Assembly: GCA_002189035.1 (NCBI GenBank)
Contig: NEEC01000466.1
Coordinates: 1 to 23,834 of the forward strand
DNA: 23,834 nt
Reading direction: 5' to 3'
Origin: Utricularia gibba
Lineage: Eukaryota; Plantae; Magnoliophyta
Shown piece by piece: positions 8,244-23,200 of this stretch (position 1 is the first letter of the stretch; each line of letters starts with the position of its first letter). Below the pieces are notes generated by a model, which was not told where the DNA came from, did not search any database, and saw only the letters and a program-made list of their open reading frames with translations. The position numbers and the translations under genes were made by a program.

Positions 8244-11200
8244 GAAAAAATCATGTGGGGTGCACGTGACATCTTACTTTAAAAAATGCATCATTATTTT
8301 CGTCGACTCGCACCCGGTTGGGCTCATGAGCCGGACCGAACGCAGCGCCGGACCAAGTGCCCAGTGAGAGTGGCCGACACAAAACGAGAAGTTGTTCCTT
8401 GAAAAACCTTGTAGGAAGCCCCTGAAAACCGAACGTTAATAAGTGCATCGCTTTAGTTGCCAGGACAACTAACTTCGGCCCTAACCCAACCTGACCTTTG
8501 TCCGTTCTAGGTGCCCCCCAAGACCGCCTCCTCAAGTATAAAGTAAGTTGTTGAAAAAATCATGTGGGGTGCACGTGACATCTTACTTTAAACAAATGCA
8601 TCATTATTTTCGTCGACTCGCACCTTGGGCTCATGAGCCGGACCGAACGCAGCGCCGGACCAAGTGCCCAGTGAGAGTGGCCGACACAAAACGAGAAGTT
8701 GTTCCTTGAAAAACCTTGTAGGAAGCCCCTGAAAACCGAACGTTAATAAGTGCATCGCTTTAGTTGCCAGGCTACAACTAACTTTCGGCCCTAACCCAAC
8801 CTGACCTTTGTCCCGTTCTAGGTGCCCCCCAAGACCGCCTCCTCAAGTATAAAGTAAGTTGTTGAAAAAATCATGTGGGGCACGTGACATCTTACTTTAA
8901 ACAAATGCATCATTATTTTCGTCGACTCGCACCCGGTTGGGCTCATGCCGGACGAACGCAGCGCCGGACCAAGTGCCCAGTGAGAGTGGCCGACACAAAA
9001 CGAGAAGTTGTTCCTTGAAAAACCTTGTAGGAAGCCCCTGAAAACCGAACGTTAATAAGTGCATCGCTTTAGTTGCCAGGCTACAACTAACTTTCGGCCC
9101 TAACCCAACCTGACCTTTGTCCCGTTCTAGGTGCCCCCAAGACCGCCTCCTCAAGTATAAAGTAAGTTGTTGAAAATCATGTGGGGTGCACGTGACATCT
9201 TACTTTAAACAAATGCATCATTATTTTCGTCGACTCGCACGGTTGGGCTCATGAGCCGGACCGAACGCAGCGCCGGACCAAGTGCCCAGTGAGAGTGGCC
9301 GACACAAAACGAGAAGTTGTTCCTTGAAAAACCTTAGGAAGCCCCTGAAAGAACGTTAATAAGTGCATCGCTTTAGTTGCCAGGCTACAACTAACTTTCG
9401 GCCCTAACCCAACCTGACCTTTGTCCCGTTCTAGGTGCCCCCCAAGACCGCCTCCTCAAGTATAAAGTAAGTTGTTGAAAAATCATGTGGGGTGCACGTG
9501 ACATCTTACTTTAAACAAATGCATCATTATTTTCGTCGACTCGCACTATGAGCCGGACCGAACGCAGCGCCGGACCAAGTGCCCAGTGAGAGTGGCCGAC
9601 ACACGAGAAGTTGTTCCTTGAAAAACCTTGTAGGAAGCCCCTGAAAACCGAACGTTAATAAGTGCATCGCTTTAGTTGCCAGGCTACAACTAACTTTCGG
9701 CCCTAACCCAACCTGGTCCCGAAAGACCGCCCTCAAGTATAAAGTAAGTTGTTGAAAAAATCATGTGGGGTGCACGTGACATCTTACTTTAAACAAATGC
9801 ATCATTTTTTCGTCGACTCGCACCCGGTTGGGCTCATGAGCCGGACCGAACGCAGCCGGACCAAGTGCCAGTGAGAGTGGCCGACACAAAACGAGAAGTT
9901 GTTCCTTGAAAAACCTTGTAGGAAGAAAACCGAACGTTAATAAGTGCATCGCTTTAGTTGCCAGGCTACAACTAACTTTCGGCCCTAACCCAACCTGACC
10001 TTTGTCCCGTTCTAGGTGCCCCCAAGACCGCCTCCTCAAGTATAAAGTAAGTTGTTGAAAAAATCATGTGGGGTGCACGTGACATCTTACTTTAAACAAA
10101 TGCATCATTATTTTCGTCGACTCGCACCGGTTGGGCTCATGAGCCGGACCGAACGCAGCGCCGGACCAAGTGCCCAGTGAGAGTGGCCGACACAAAACGA
10201 GAAGTTGTTCCTTGAAAAACCTTGTAGGAAGCCCCTGAAAACCGAACGTTAATAAGTGCATCGCTTTAGTTGCCAGGCTACAACTAACTTTCGGCCCTAA
10301 CCCAACCTGACCTTTGTCCCGTTCTAGGTGCCCCAAGACCGCCTCCTCAAGTATAAAGTAAGTTGTTGAAAAAATCATGTGGGTGCACGTGACATCTTAC
10401 TTTAAACAAATGCATCATTATTTTCGTCGACTCGCACCCGGTTGGGCTCATGAGCCGGACCGAACGCAGCGCCGGACCAAGTGCCCAGTGAGAGTGGCCG
10501 ACACAAAACGAGAAGTTGTTCCTTGAAAAACCTTGTAGGAAGCCCCTGAAAACGAACGTTAATAAGTGCATCGCTTTAGTTGCCAGGCTACAACTAACTT
10601 TCGGCCCTAACCCAACCTGACCTTTGTCCCTTCTAGGTGCCCCCAAGACCGCCTCCTCAAGTATAAAGTAAGTTGTTGAAAAAATCATGTGGGGTGCACG
10701 TGACATCTTACTTTAAACAAATGCATCATTATTTTCGTCGACTCGCACCGGTTGGGCTCATGAGCCGGACCGAACGCAGCGCCGGACCAAGTGCCCAGTG
10801 AGAGTGGCCGACACAAAACGAGAAGTTGTTCCTTGAAAAACCTTGTAGGAAGCCCTGAAAACCGAACGTTAATAAGTGCATCGCTTTAGTTGCCAGGCTA
10901 CAACTAACTTTCGGCCCTAACCGACCTTTGTCCCGTTCTAGGTGCCCCCATCCTCAAGTATAAAGTAAGTTGTTGAAAAAATCATGTGGGGTGCACGTGA
11001 CATTTACTTTAAACAAATGCATCATTATTTTCGTCGACTCGCACCCGGTTGGGCTCATGAGCGGACCGAACGCAGCGCCGGACCAAGTGCCCAGTGAGAG
11101 TGGCCGACAAAAACGAGAATTGTTCCTTGAAAAACCTTGTAGGAAGCCCCTGAAAACGAACGTTAATAAGTGCATCGCTTTAGTTGCCAGGCTACAACTA

Positions 11201-14200
11201 ACTTTCGGCCCTAACCCAACCTGACCTTTGTCCCGTTCTAGGTGCCCCCAAGACCGCCTCCTCAAGTATAAAGTAAGTTGTTGAAAAAATCATGTGGGTG
11301 CACGTGACATCTTACTTTAAAAAATGCATCATTATTTTCGTCGACTCGCACCCGGTTGGGCTCATGAGCCGGAGAACGCAGCGCCGGACCAAGTGCCAGT
11401 GAGAGTGGCCGACACAAAACGAGAAGTTGTTCCTTGAAAAACCTTGTAGGAAGCCCCTGAAAACCGAACGTTAATAAGTGCATCGCTTTAGTTGCCAGGC
11501 TACAACTAACTTTCGGCCTAACCCAACCTGACCTTTGTCCCGTTCTAGGTGCCCCCCAAGACCGCCTCCTCAAGTATAAAGTAAGTTGTTGAAAAAATCA
11601 TGTGGGGTGCACGTGACATCTTACTTTAAACAAATGCATCATTATTTTCGTCGACTCGCACCCGGTTGGGCTCATGAGCCGGACCGAACGCAGCGCCGGA
11701 CCAAGTGCCCAGTGAGAGTGGCCGACACAAAACGAGAAGTTGTTCCTTGAAAAACCTTGTAGGAAGCCCCTGAAAACCGAACGTTAATAAGTGCATCGCT
11801 TTAGTTGCCAGGCTACAACTAACTTTCGGCCCTAACCCAACCTGACCTTTGTCCCGTTCTAGGTGCCCCCAAGACCGCCTCCTCAAGTATAAAGTAAGTT
11901 GTTGAAAAAATCATGTGGGGTGCACGTGACATCTTACTTTAAAAAATGCATCATTATTTTCGTCGACTCGCACCCGGTTGGGCTCATGAGCCGGACCGAA
12001 CGCAGCCGCGGACCAAGTGCCCAGTGAGAGTGGCCGACACAAAACGAGAAGTTGTTCCTTGAAAAACCTTGTAGGAAGCCCCTGAAAACCGAACGTTAAT
12101 AAGTGCATCGCTTTAGTTGCCAGGCTACAACTAACTTTCGGCCCTAACCCAACCTGACCTTGTCCCTTCTAGGTGCCCCCAAGACGCCTCCTCAAGTATA
12201 AAGTAAGTTGTTGAAAAAATCATGTGGGGTGCACGTGACATCTTACTTTAAACAAATGCATCATTATTTTCGTCGACTCGCACCGGTTGGGCTCATGAGC
12301 CGGACCGAACGCAGCGCCGGACCAAGTGCCCAGTGAGAGTGGCCGACACAAAACGAGAAGTTGTTCCTTGAAAAACCTTGTAGGAAGCCCCTGAAAACCG
12401 AACGTTAATAAGTGCATCGCTTTAGTTGCCAGGCTACAACTAACTTTCGGCCCTAACCCAACCTGACCTTTGTCCCGTTCTAGGTGCCCCCCAAGACCGC
12501 CTCCTCAAGTATAAAGTAAGTTGTTGAAAAAATCATGTGGGGTGCACGTGACATCTTACTTTAAACAAATGCATCATTATTTTCGTCGACTCGCACCGTT
12601 GGGCTCATGAGCCGGACCGAACGCAGCGCCGGACCAAGTGCCCAGTGAGAGTGGCCGACACAAAACGAGAAGTTGTTCCTTGAAAAACCTTGTAGGAAGC
12701 CCCTGAAAACCGAACGTTAATAAGTGCATCGCTTTAGTTGCCAGGCTACAACTAACTTTCGCCCTAACCCAACCTGACCTTTGTCCCGTTCTAGGTGCCC
12801 CCAAGACCGCCTCCTCAAGTATAAAGTAAGTTGTTGAAAAAATCATGTGGGGTGCACGTGACATCTTACTTTAAACAAATGCATCATTATTTTCGTCGAC
12901 TCGCACCGGTTGGGCTCATGAGCCGGACCGAACGCAGCGCCGGACCAAGTGCCCAGTGAGAGTGGCCGACACAAAACGAGAAGTTGTTCCTTGAAAAACC
13001 TTGTAGGAAGCCCCTGAAAACCGAACGTTAATAAGTGCATCGCTTTAGTTGCCAGGCTACAACTAACTTTCGGCCCTAACCCAACCTGACCTTTGTCCCG
13101 TTCTAGGTGCCCCCCAAGACCGCCTCCTCAAGTATAAAGTAAGTTGTTGAAAATGTGGGGTGCACGTGACATCTTACTTTAAACAAATGCATCATTATTT
13201 TCGTCGACTCGCACCCGGTTGGGCTCATGAGCCGGACCGAACGCAGCGCCGGACCAAGTGCCCAGTGAGAGTGGCCGACACAAAACGAGAAGTTGTTCCT
13301 TGAAAAACCTTGTAGGAAGCCCCTGAAAACCGAACGTTAATAAGTGCATCGCTTTAGTTGCCAGGCTACAACTAACTTTCGGCCCTAACCCAAGACCTTT
13401 GTCCCTTCTAGGTGCCCCCAAGACGCCTCCTCAAGTATAAAGTAAGTTGTTGAAAAAATCATGTGGGGTGCACGTGACATCTTACTTTAAACAAATGCAT
13501 CATTATTTTCGTCGACTCGCACCCGGTTGGGCTCATGAGCCGGACGAACGCAGCGCCGGACCAAGTGCCCAGTGAGAGTGGCCGACAAAAACGAGAAGTT
13601 GTTCCTTGAAAAACCTTGTAGGAAGCCCCTGAAAACCGAACGTTAATAAGTGCATCGCTTTAGTTGCCAGGCTACAACTAACTTTCGGCCCTAACCCAAC
13701 CTGACCTTTGTCCCGTTCTAGTGCCCCAAGACCGCCTCCTCAAGTATAAAGTAAGTTGTTGAAAAAATCATGTGGGGTGCACGTGACATCTTACTTTAAA
13801 CAAATGCATCATTATTTTCGTCGACTCGCACCCGGTTGGGCTCATGAGCCGGACCGAACGCAGCGCCGGACCAAGTGCCCAGTGAGAGTGGCCGACACAA
13901 AACGAGAAGTTGTTCCTTGAAAAACCTTGTAGGCCCCTGAAAACCGAACGTTAATAAGTGCATCGCTTTAGTTGCCAGGCTACAACTAACTTTCGGCCCT
14001 AACCCAACCTGACCTTTGTCCCGTTCTAGGTGCCCCCAAGACCGCCTCCTCAAGTATAAAGTAAGTTGTTGAAAAAATCATGTGGGGTGCACGTGACATC
14101 TTACTTTAAACAAATGCATCATTATTTTCGTCGACTCGCACCCGGTTGGGCTCATGAGCCGGACCGAACGCAGCGCCGGACCAAGTGCCCAGTGAGAGTG

Positions 14201-17200
14201 GCCGACACAAAACGAGAAGTTGTTCCTTGAAAAACCTTGTAGGAAGCCCCTGAAAACCGAACGTTAATAAGTGCATCGCTTTAGTTGCCAGGCTACAACT
14301 AACTTTCGGCCCTAACCCAACCTGACCTTTGTCCCGTTCTAGGTGCCCCCCAAGACCGCCTCCTCAAGTATAAAGTAAGTTGTTGAAAAAATCATGTGGG
14401 GTGCACGTGACATCTTACTTTAAACAAATGCATCATTATTTTCGTCGACTCGCACCGGTTGGGCTCATGAGCGGACCGAACGCAGCGCCGGACCAAGTGC
14501 CCAGTGAGAGTGGCCGACACAAAAGAAAGTTGTTCCTTGAAAAACCTTGTAGGAAGCCCCTGAAAACCGAACGTTAATAAGTGCATCGCTTTAGTTGCCA
14601 GGCTACAACTAACTTTCGGCCCTAACCCAACCTGACCTTTGTCCCGTTCTAGGTGCCCCCAAGACCGCCTCCTCAAGTATAAAGTAAGTTGTTGAAAAAT
14701 CATGTGGGTGCACGTGACATCTTACTTTAAACAAATGCATCATTATTTTCGTCGACTCGCACCCGGTTGGGCTCATGAGCCGGACCGAACGCAGCGCCGG
14801 ACCAAGTGCCCAGTGAGAGTGGCCGACACAAACGAGAAGTTGTTCCTTGAAAAACCTTGTAGGAAGCCCCTGAAAACCGAACGTTAATAAGTGCATCGCT
14901 TTAGTTGCCAGGCTACAACTAACTTTCGGCCCTAACCCAACCTGACCTTTGTCCCGTTCTAGGTGCCCCCCAAGACCGCCTCCTCAAGTATAAAGTAAGT
15001 TGTTGAAAAATCATGTGGGGTGCACGTGACATCTTACTTTAAACAAATGCATCATTATTTTCGTCGACTCGCACCCGGTTGGGCTCATGAGCCGGACCGA
15101 ACGCAGCCGGACCAAGTGCCGTGAGAGTGGCCGACACAAACGAGAAGTTGTTCCTTGAAAAACCTTGTAGGAAGCCCCTGAAAACCGAACGTTAATAAGT
15201 GCATCGCTTTAGTTGCCAGGCTACAACTAACTTTCGGCCCTAACCCAACCTGACCTTGTCCCGTTCTAGGTGCCCCCCAAGACCGCCTCCTCAAGTATAA
15301 AGTAAGTTGTTGAAAAAATCATGTGGGGTGCACGTGACATCTTACTTTAAACAAATGCATCATTATTTTCGTCGACTCGCACCCGGTTGGGCTCATGAGC
15401 CGGACCGAACGCAGCGCCGGACCAAGTGCCCAGTCCGACACAAACGAGAAGTTGTTCCTTGAAAAACCTTGTAGGAAGCCCCTGAAAACCGAACGTTAAT
15501 AAGTGCATCGCTTTAGTTGCCAGGCTACAACTAACTTTCGGCCTAACCCAACCTGACCTTTGTCCCGTTCTAGGTGCCCCCAAGACCGCCTCCTCAAGTA
15601 TAAAGTAAGTTGTTGAAAAAATCATGTGGGTGCACGTGACATCTTACTTTAAACAAATGCATCATTATTTTCGTCGACTCGCACCCGGTTGGGCTCATGA
15701 GCCGGACCGAACGCAGCGCCGGACCAAGTGCCCAGTGAGAGTGGCCGACACAAAACGAGAAGTTGTTCCTTGAAAAACCTTGTAGGAAGCCCCTGAAAAC
15801 CGAACGTTAATAAGTGCATCGCTTTAGTTGCCAGGCTACAACTAACTTTCGGCCCTAACCCAACCTGACCTTTTGTCCCTTCTAGGTGCCCCCAAGACCG
15901 CCTCCTCAAGTATAAAGTAAGTTGTTGAAAAATCATGTGGGGTGCACGTGACATCTTACTTTAAACAAATGCATCATTATTTTCGTCGACTCGCACCCGG
16001 TTGGGCTCATGAGCCGGACCGAACGCAGCCGGACCAAGTGCCCAGTGAGAGTGGCCGACACAAAACGAGAAGTTGTTCCTTGAAAAACCTTGTAGGAAGC
16101 CCCTGAAAACCGAACGTTAATAAGTGCATCGCTTTAGTTGCCAGGCTACAACTAACTTTCGGCCTAACCCAACCTGACTTTGTCCCTTCTAGGTGCCCCC
16201 AACCGCCTCCTCAAGTATAAAGTAAGTTGTTGAAAAATCATGTGGGGTGCACGTGACATCTTACTTTAAACAAATGCATCATTATTTTCGTCGACTCGCA
16301 CCCGGTTGGGCTCATGAGCCGGACCGAACGCAGCGCCGGACCAAGTGCCAGTGAGAGTGGCCGACACAAAACGAGAAGTTGTTCCTTGAAAAACCTTGTA
16401 GGAAGCCCCTGAAAACCGAACGTTAATAAGTGCATCGCTTTAGTTGCCAGGCTACAACTAACTTTCGGCCCTAACCCAACCTGACCTTTGTCCCGTTCTA
16501 GGTGCCCCCAAGACCGCCTCCTCAATATAAAGTAAGTTGTTGAAAAAATCATGTGGGGTGCACGTGACATCTTACTTTAAACAAATGCATCATTATTTTC
16601 GTCGACTCGCACCGGTTGGGCTCATGAGCCGGACCGAACGCAGCGCCGGACCAAGTGCCCAGTGAGAGTGGCCGACACAAAACGAGAAGTTGTTCCTTGA
16701 AAAACCTTGTAGGAAGCCCCTGAAAACCGAACGTTAATAAGTGCATCGCTTTAGTTGCCAGGCTACAACTAACTTTCGGCCCTAACCCAACCTGACCTTT
16801 GTCCCGTTCTAGGTGCCCCCCAAGACCGCCTCCTCAAGTATAAAGTAAGTTGTTGAAAAAATCATGTGGGGTGCACGTGACATCTTACTTTAAACAAATG
16901 CATCATTATTTTCGTCGACTCGCACCCGTTGGGCTTGAGCCGGACGAACGCAGCGCCGGACCAAGTGCCCAGTGAGAGTGGCCGACACAAAACGAGAAGT
17001 TGTTCCTTGAAAAACCTTGTAGGAAGCCCCTGAAAACCGAACGTTAATAAGTGCATCGCTTTAGTTGCCAGGCTACAACTAACTTTCGGCCTAACCCAAC
17101 CTGACCTTTGTCCCGTTCTAGGTGCCCCCAAGACCGCCTCCTCAAGTATAAAGTAAGTTGTTGAAAAAATCATGTGGGGTGCACGTGACATCTTACTTTA

Positions 17201-20200
17201 AACAAATGCATCATTATTTTCGTCGACTCGCACCCGGTTGGGCTCATGAGCCGGACCGAACGCAGCGCCGGACGTGCCCAGTGAGAGTGGCCGACACAAA
17301 ACGAGAAGTTGTTCCTTGAAAAACCTTGTAGGAAGCCCCTGAAAACCGAACGTTAATAAGTGCATCGCTTTAGTTGCCAGGCTACAACTAACTTTCGGCC
17401 CTAACCCAACCTGACCTTTGTCCCGTTCTAGGTGCCCCCCAAGACCGCCTCCTCAAGTATAAAGTAAGTTGTTGAAAAAATCATGTGGGGTGCACGTGAC
17501 ATCTTACTTTAAACAAATGCATCATTATTTTCGTCGACTCGCACCCGGTTGGGCTCATGAGCCGGACCGAACGCAGCCCGGACCAAGTGCCCAGTGAGAG
17601 TGGCCGACACAAAAACGAGAAGTTGTTCCTTGAAAAACCTTGTAGGAAGCCCCTGAAAACCGAACGTTAATAAGTGCATCGCTTTAGTTGCCAGGCTACA
17701 ACTAACTTTCGGCCTAACCCAACCTGACCTTTGTCCCGTTCTAGGTGCCCCCCAAGACCGCCTCCTCAAGTATAAAGTAAGTTGTTGAAAAAATCATGTG
17801 GGGTGCACGTGACATCTTACTTTAAACAAATGCATCATTATTTTCGTCGACTCGCACCCGGTTGGGCTCATGAGCCGGACCGAACGCAGCGCCCGGACCA
17901 AGTGCCCAGTGAGAGTGGCCGACACAAAACGAGAAGTTGTTCCTTGAAAAACCTTGTAGGAAGCCCCTGAAAACCGAACGTTAATAAGTGCATCGCTTTA
18001 GTTGCCAGGCTACAACTAACTTTCGGCCCTAACCCAACCTGACCTTTGTCCCTTCTAGGTGCCCCCAAGACCGCCTCCTCAAGTATAAAGTAAGTTGTTG
18101 AAAAAAATGTGGGGTGCACGTGACATCTTACTTTAAACAAATGCATCATTATTTTCGTCGACTCGCACCCGGTTGGGCTCATGAGCCGGACCGAACGCAG
18201 CGCCGGACCAAGTGCCCAGTGAGAGTGGCCGACACAAAGAAGTTGTTCCTTGAAAAACCTTGTAGGAAGCCCCTGAAAACCGAACGTTAATAAGTGCATC
18301 GCTTTAGTTGCCAGGCTACAACTAACTTTCGGCCTAACCCAACCTGACCTTTGTCCCGTTCTAGGTGCCCCCAAGACCGCCTCCTCAAGTATAAAGTAAG
18401 TTGTTGAAAAAATCATGTGGGGTGCACGTGACATCTTACTTTAAAAAATGCATCATTATTTTCGTCGACTCGCACCCGTTGGCTCATGAGCCGGACGAAC
18501 GCAGCGCCGGACCAAGTGCCCAGTGAGAGTGGCCGACAAAAACGAGAAGTTGTTCCTTGAAAAACCTTGTAGAAGCCCCTGAAAACCGAACGTTAATAAG
18601 TGCATCGCTTTAGTTGCCAGGCTACAACTAACTTTCGGCCTAACCCAACCTGACCTTTGTCCCTTCTAGGTGCCCCCCAAGACCGCCTCCTCAAGTATAA
18701 AGTAAGTTGTTGAAAAAATCATGTGGGTGCACGTGACATCTTACTTTAAACAAATGCATCATTATTTTCGTCGACTCGCACCCGGTTGGGCTCATGAGCC
18801 GGACCGAACGCAGCGCCGACCAAGTGCCCAGTGAGAGTGGCCGACACAAAACGAGAAGTTGTTCCTTGAAAAACCTTGTAGGAAGCCCCTGAAAACCGAA
18901 CGTTAATAAGTGCATCGCTTTAGTTGCCAGGCTACAACTAACTTTCGGCCCTAACCCAACCTGACCTTTGTCCCGTTCTAGGTGCCCCCAAGACCGCCTC
19001 CTCAAGTATAAAGTAAGTTGTTGAAAAAATCATGTGGGGTGCACGTGACATCTTACTTTAAACAAATGCATCATTATTTTCGTCGACTCGCACCCGGTTG
19101 GGCTCATGAGCCGGACCGAACGCAGCGCCGGACCAAGTGCCCAGTGAGAGTGGCCGACACAAAACGAGAAGTTGTTCCTTGAAAAACCTTGTAGGAAGCC
19201 CCTGAAAACCGAACGTTAATAAGTGCATCGCTTTAGTTGCCAGGCTACAACTAACTTTCGGCCCTAACCCAACCTGACCTTTGTCCCGTTCTAGGTGCCC
19301 CCAAGACCGCCTCCTCAAGTATAAAGTAAGTTGTTGAAAAAATCATGTGGGGTGCACGTGACATCTTACTTTAAACAAATGCATCATTATTTTCGTCGAC
19401 TCGCACCGGTTGGCTCATGAGCCGGACCGAACGCAGCGCCGACCAAGTGCCCAGTGAGAGTGGCCGACACAAAACGAGAAGTTGTTCCTTGAAAAACCTT
19501 GTAGGAAGCCCCTGAAACCAATTAATAAGTGCATCGCTTTAGTTGCCAGGCTACAACTAACTTTCGGCCCTAACCCAACCTGACCTTTGTCCCGTTCTAG
19601 GTGCCCCCAAGACCGCCTCCTCAAGTATAAAGTAAGTTGTTGAAAAATCATGTGGGGTGCACGTGACATCTTACTTTAAACAAATGCATCATTATTTTCG
19701 TCGACTCGCACCCGGTTGGGCTCATGAGCCGGACCCGCAGCGCCGGACCAAGTGCCCAGTGAGAGTGGCCGACACAAAAACGAGAAGTTGTTCCTTGAAA
19801 AACCTTGTAGGAAGCCCCTGAAAACCGAACGTTAATAAGTGCATCGCTTTAGTTGCCAGGCTACAACTAACTTTCGGCCCTAACCCAACCTGACCTTTGT
19901 CCCGTTCTAGGTGCCCCCAAGACCGCTCCTCAAGTGTAAGTTGTTGAAAAATCATGTGGGGTGCACGTGACATCTTACTTTAAACAAATGCATCATTATT
20001 TTCGTCGACTCGCACCCGATGAGCCGGACCGAACGCAGCGCCGGACCAAGTGCCCAGTGAGAGTGGCCGACACAAAACGAGAAGTTGTTCCTTGAAAAAC
20101 CTTGTAGGAAGCCTGAAAACGAACGTTAATAAGTGCATCGCTTTAGTTGCCAGGCTACAACTAACTTTCGGCCCTAACCAACCTGACCTTTGTCCCGTTC

Positions 20201-23200
20201 TAGGTGCCCCCCAAGACCGCCTCCTCAAGTATAAAGTAAGTTGTTGAAAAAATCATGTGGGGTGCACGTGACATCTTACTTTAAACAAATGCATCATTAT
20301 TTTCGTCGACTCGTTGGGCTCATGAGCCGGACCGAACGCAGCGCCGGACCAAGTGCCCAGTGAGAGTGGCCGACACAAAACGAGAAGTTGTTCCTTGAAA
20401 AACCTTGTAGGAAGCCCCTGAAAACCGAACGTTAATAAGTGCATGCTTTAGTTGCCAGGCTACAACTAACTTTCGGCCCTAACCCAACCTGACCTTGTCC
20501 CGTTCTAGGTGCCCCCCAATCCTCAAGTATAAAGTAAGTTGTTGAAAAAATCATGTGGGTGCACGTGACATCTTACTTTAAACAAATGCATCATTATTTT
20601 CGTCGACTCGCACCGGTTGGGCTCATGAGCACCGAACGCAGCGCCGGACAAGTGCCAGTGAAGTGGCCGACACAAAACGAGAAGTTGTTCCTTGAAAACC
20701 TTGTAGGAAGCCCCTGAAAACCGAACGTTAATAAGTGCATCGCTTTAGTTGCCCTACAACTAACTTTCGGCCCTAACCCAACCTGACCTTTGTCCGTTCT
20801 AAAGACCGCCTCCTCAAGTATAAAGTAAGTTGTTGAAAAAATCATGTGGGTGCACGTGACATCTTACTTTAAACAAATGCATCATTATTTTCGTCGACTC
20901 GCACCCGGTTGGCTCATGAGCCGTGCCCAGTGAGAGTGCACACAAAACGAGAAGTTGTTCCTTGAAAAACCTTGTAGGAAGCCCCTGAAAACCGAACGTT
21001 AATAAGTGCATCGCTTTAGTTGCCAGGCTACAACTAACTTTCGGCCCTAACCAACCTGACCTTTGTCCCGTTCTAGGTGCCCCCCAAGACGCCTCCTCAA
21101 GTATAAAGTAAGTTGTTGAAAAAATCATGTGGGGTGCACGTGACATCTTACTTTAAACAAATGCATCATTATTTTCGTCGACTCGCACCCGGTTGGGCTC
21201 ATGAGCCGGACCGAACGCAGCGCCGGACAAGTGCCCAGTGAGAGTGGCCGACACAAAACGAGAAGTTGTTCTTGAAAACCTTGTAGGAAGCCCTGAAAAC
21301 CGAACGTTAATAAGTGCATCGCTTTAGTTGCCAGGCTACAACTAACTTTCGGCCTAACCCAACCTGACCTTTGTCCCGTTCTAGGTGCCCCCAAGACCGC
21401 CTCCTCAAGTATCATGTGGGTGCACGTGACATCTTACTTTAAACAAATGCATCATTATTTTCGTCGACTCGCACATGAGCCGGACCGAACGCAGCGCCGG
21501 ACCAAGTGCCCAGTGAGAGTGGCCGACACAAAACGAGAAGTTGTTCCTTGAAAAACCTTGTAGGAAGCCCCTGAAACCGAACGTTAATAAGTGCATCGCT
21601 TTAGTTGCCAGGCTAACTAACTTTCGGCCTAACCCAACCTGACTTGTCCCTTCTAGGTGCCCCCAGCCTCCTCAGTATAAAAGTTGTTGAAAAAATCATG
21701 TGGGTGCACGTGACATCTTACTTTAAACAAATGCATCATTATTTTCGTCGACTCGCACCCGGTTGGGCTCATGAGCCGGACCGAACGCAGCGCCGGACCA
21801 AGTGCCCAGTGAGAGTGGCCGACACAAAACGAGAAGTTGTTCCTTGAAAAACCTTGTAGGAACCCTGAAAACCGAACGTTAATAAGTGCATCGCTTTAGT
21901 TGCCAGGCTACAACTAACTTTCGGCCCTAACCCAACCTGACCTTTGTCCCGTTCTAGTGCCCCCAAGACGCCTCCTCAAGTATAAAGTAAGTTGTTGAAA
22001 AATCATGTGGGGTGCACGTGACATCTTACTTTAAACAAATGCATCATTATTTTCGTCGACTCGCACCCGGTTGGGCGAGCCGGACCGAACGCAGCGCCGG
22101 ACCAAGTGCCCACAACACAAAACGAGAAGTTGTTCCTTGAAAAACCTTGTAGGAAGCCCCTGAAAACCGAACGTTAATAAGTGCATCGCTTTAGTTGCCA
22201 GGCTACAACTAACTTTCGGCCTAACCAACCTGACCTTTGTCCGTTCTAAAGACCGCCTCCTCAAGTATAAAGTAAGTTGTTGAAAAAATCATGTGGGGTG
22301 CACGTGACATCTTACTTTAAACAAATGCATCATTATTTTCGTCGACTCGCACCCGGTTGGGCTCATGAGCCGGACCGAACGCAGCGCCGGACCAAGTGCC
22401 CAGTGAGAGTGGCCGACACAAAACGAGAAGTTGTTCCTTGAAAAACCTTGTAGGAAGCCCCTGAAACCGAACGTTAATAAGTGCATCGCTTTAGTTGCCA
22501 GGCTACAACTAACTTTCGGCCCTAACCCAACCTGACCTTTGTCCGTTCTAGTGCCCCCAAGACCGCCTCCTCAAGTATAAAGTAAGTTGTTGAAAAAATC
22601 ATGTGGGGTGCACGTGACATCTTACTTTAAACAAATGCATCATTATTTTCGTCGACTCGCACCGGTTGGGCTCATGAGCCGGACCGAACGCAGCGCCGGA
22701 CCAAGTGCCCAGTGAGAGTGGCCGACACACAAAACGAGAAGTTGTTCCTTGAAAAACCTTGTAGGAAGCCCCTGAAAACCGAACGTTAATAAGTGCATCG
22801 TTTAGTTGCCAGGCTAATAACTTTCGGCCCTAACGACCTTTGTCCCGTTCTAGTGCCCCCCAGACCGCCTCCTCAAGTATAAAGTAAGTTTTGAAAAAAT
22901 CATGTGGGGTGCACGTGACATCTTACTTTAAACAAATGCATCATCGTCGACTCGCAATGAGCAACGCAGCGCCGACCAAGTGCCCAGAGAGTGGCCGACA
23001 CAAAACGAGAAGTTGTTCCTTGAAAAACCTTGTAGGAGCCCCTGAAAACCGAACGTTAATAAGTGCATCGCTTTAGTTGCCAGGCTACAACTAACTTTCG
23101 GCCCTAACCCAACCTGAAGGTGCCCCAAGACCGCCTCCTCAAGTATAAAGTAAGTTGTTGAAAAATCATGTGGGGTGCACGTGACATCTTACTTTAAACA

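Noticed and set aside
36-23128. Dozens of 60-188-aa ORFs in the track (consensus minus-strand 86 aa from TTG at 7966-8226, or 56 aa from ATG, MHLLTFGFQG...)
   Set aside because: They are all the same repeat read in shifting frames, with N- and C-termini swapped by indels. I recognise no domain or RBS. A single ~95-codon stop-free frame in a 49% GC unit is not surprising across six frames.
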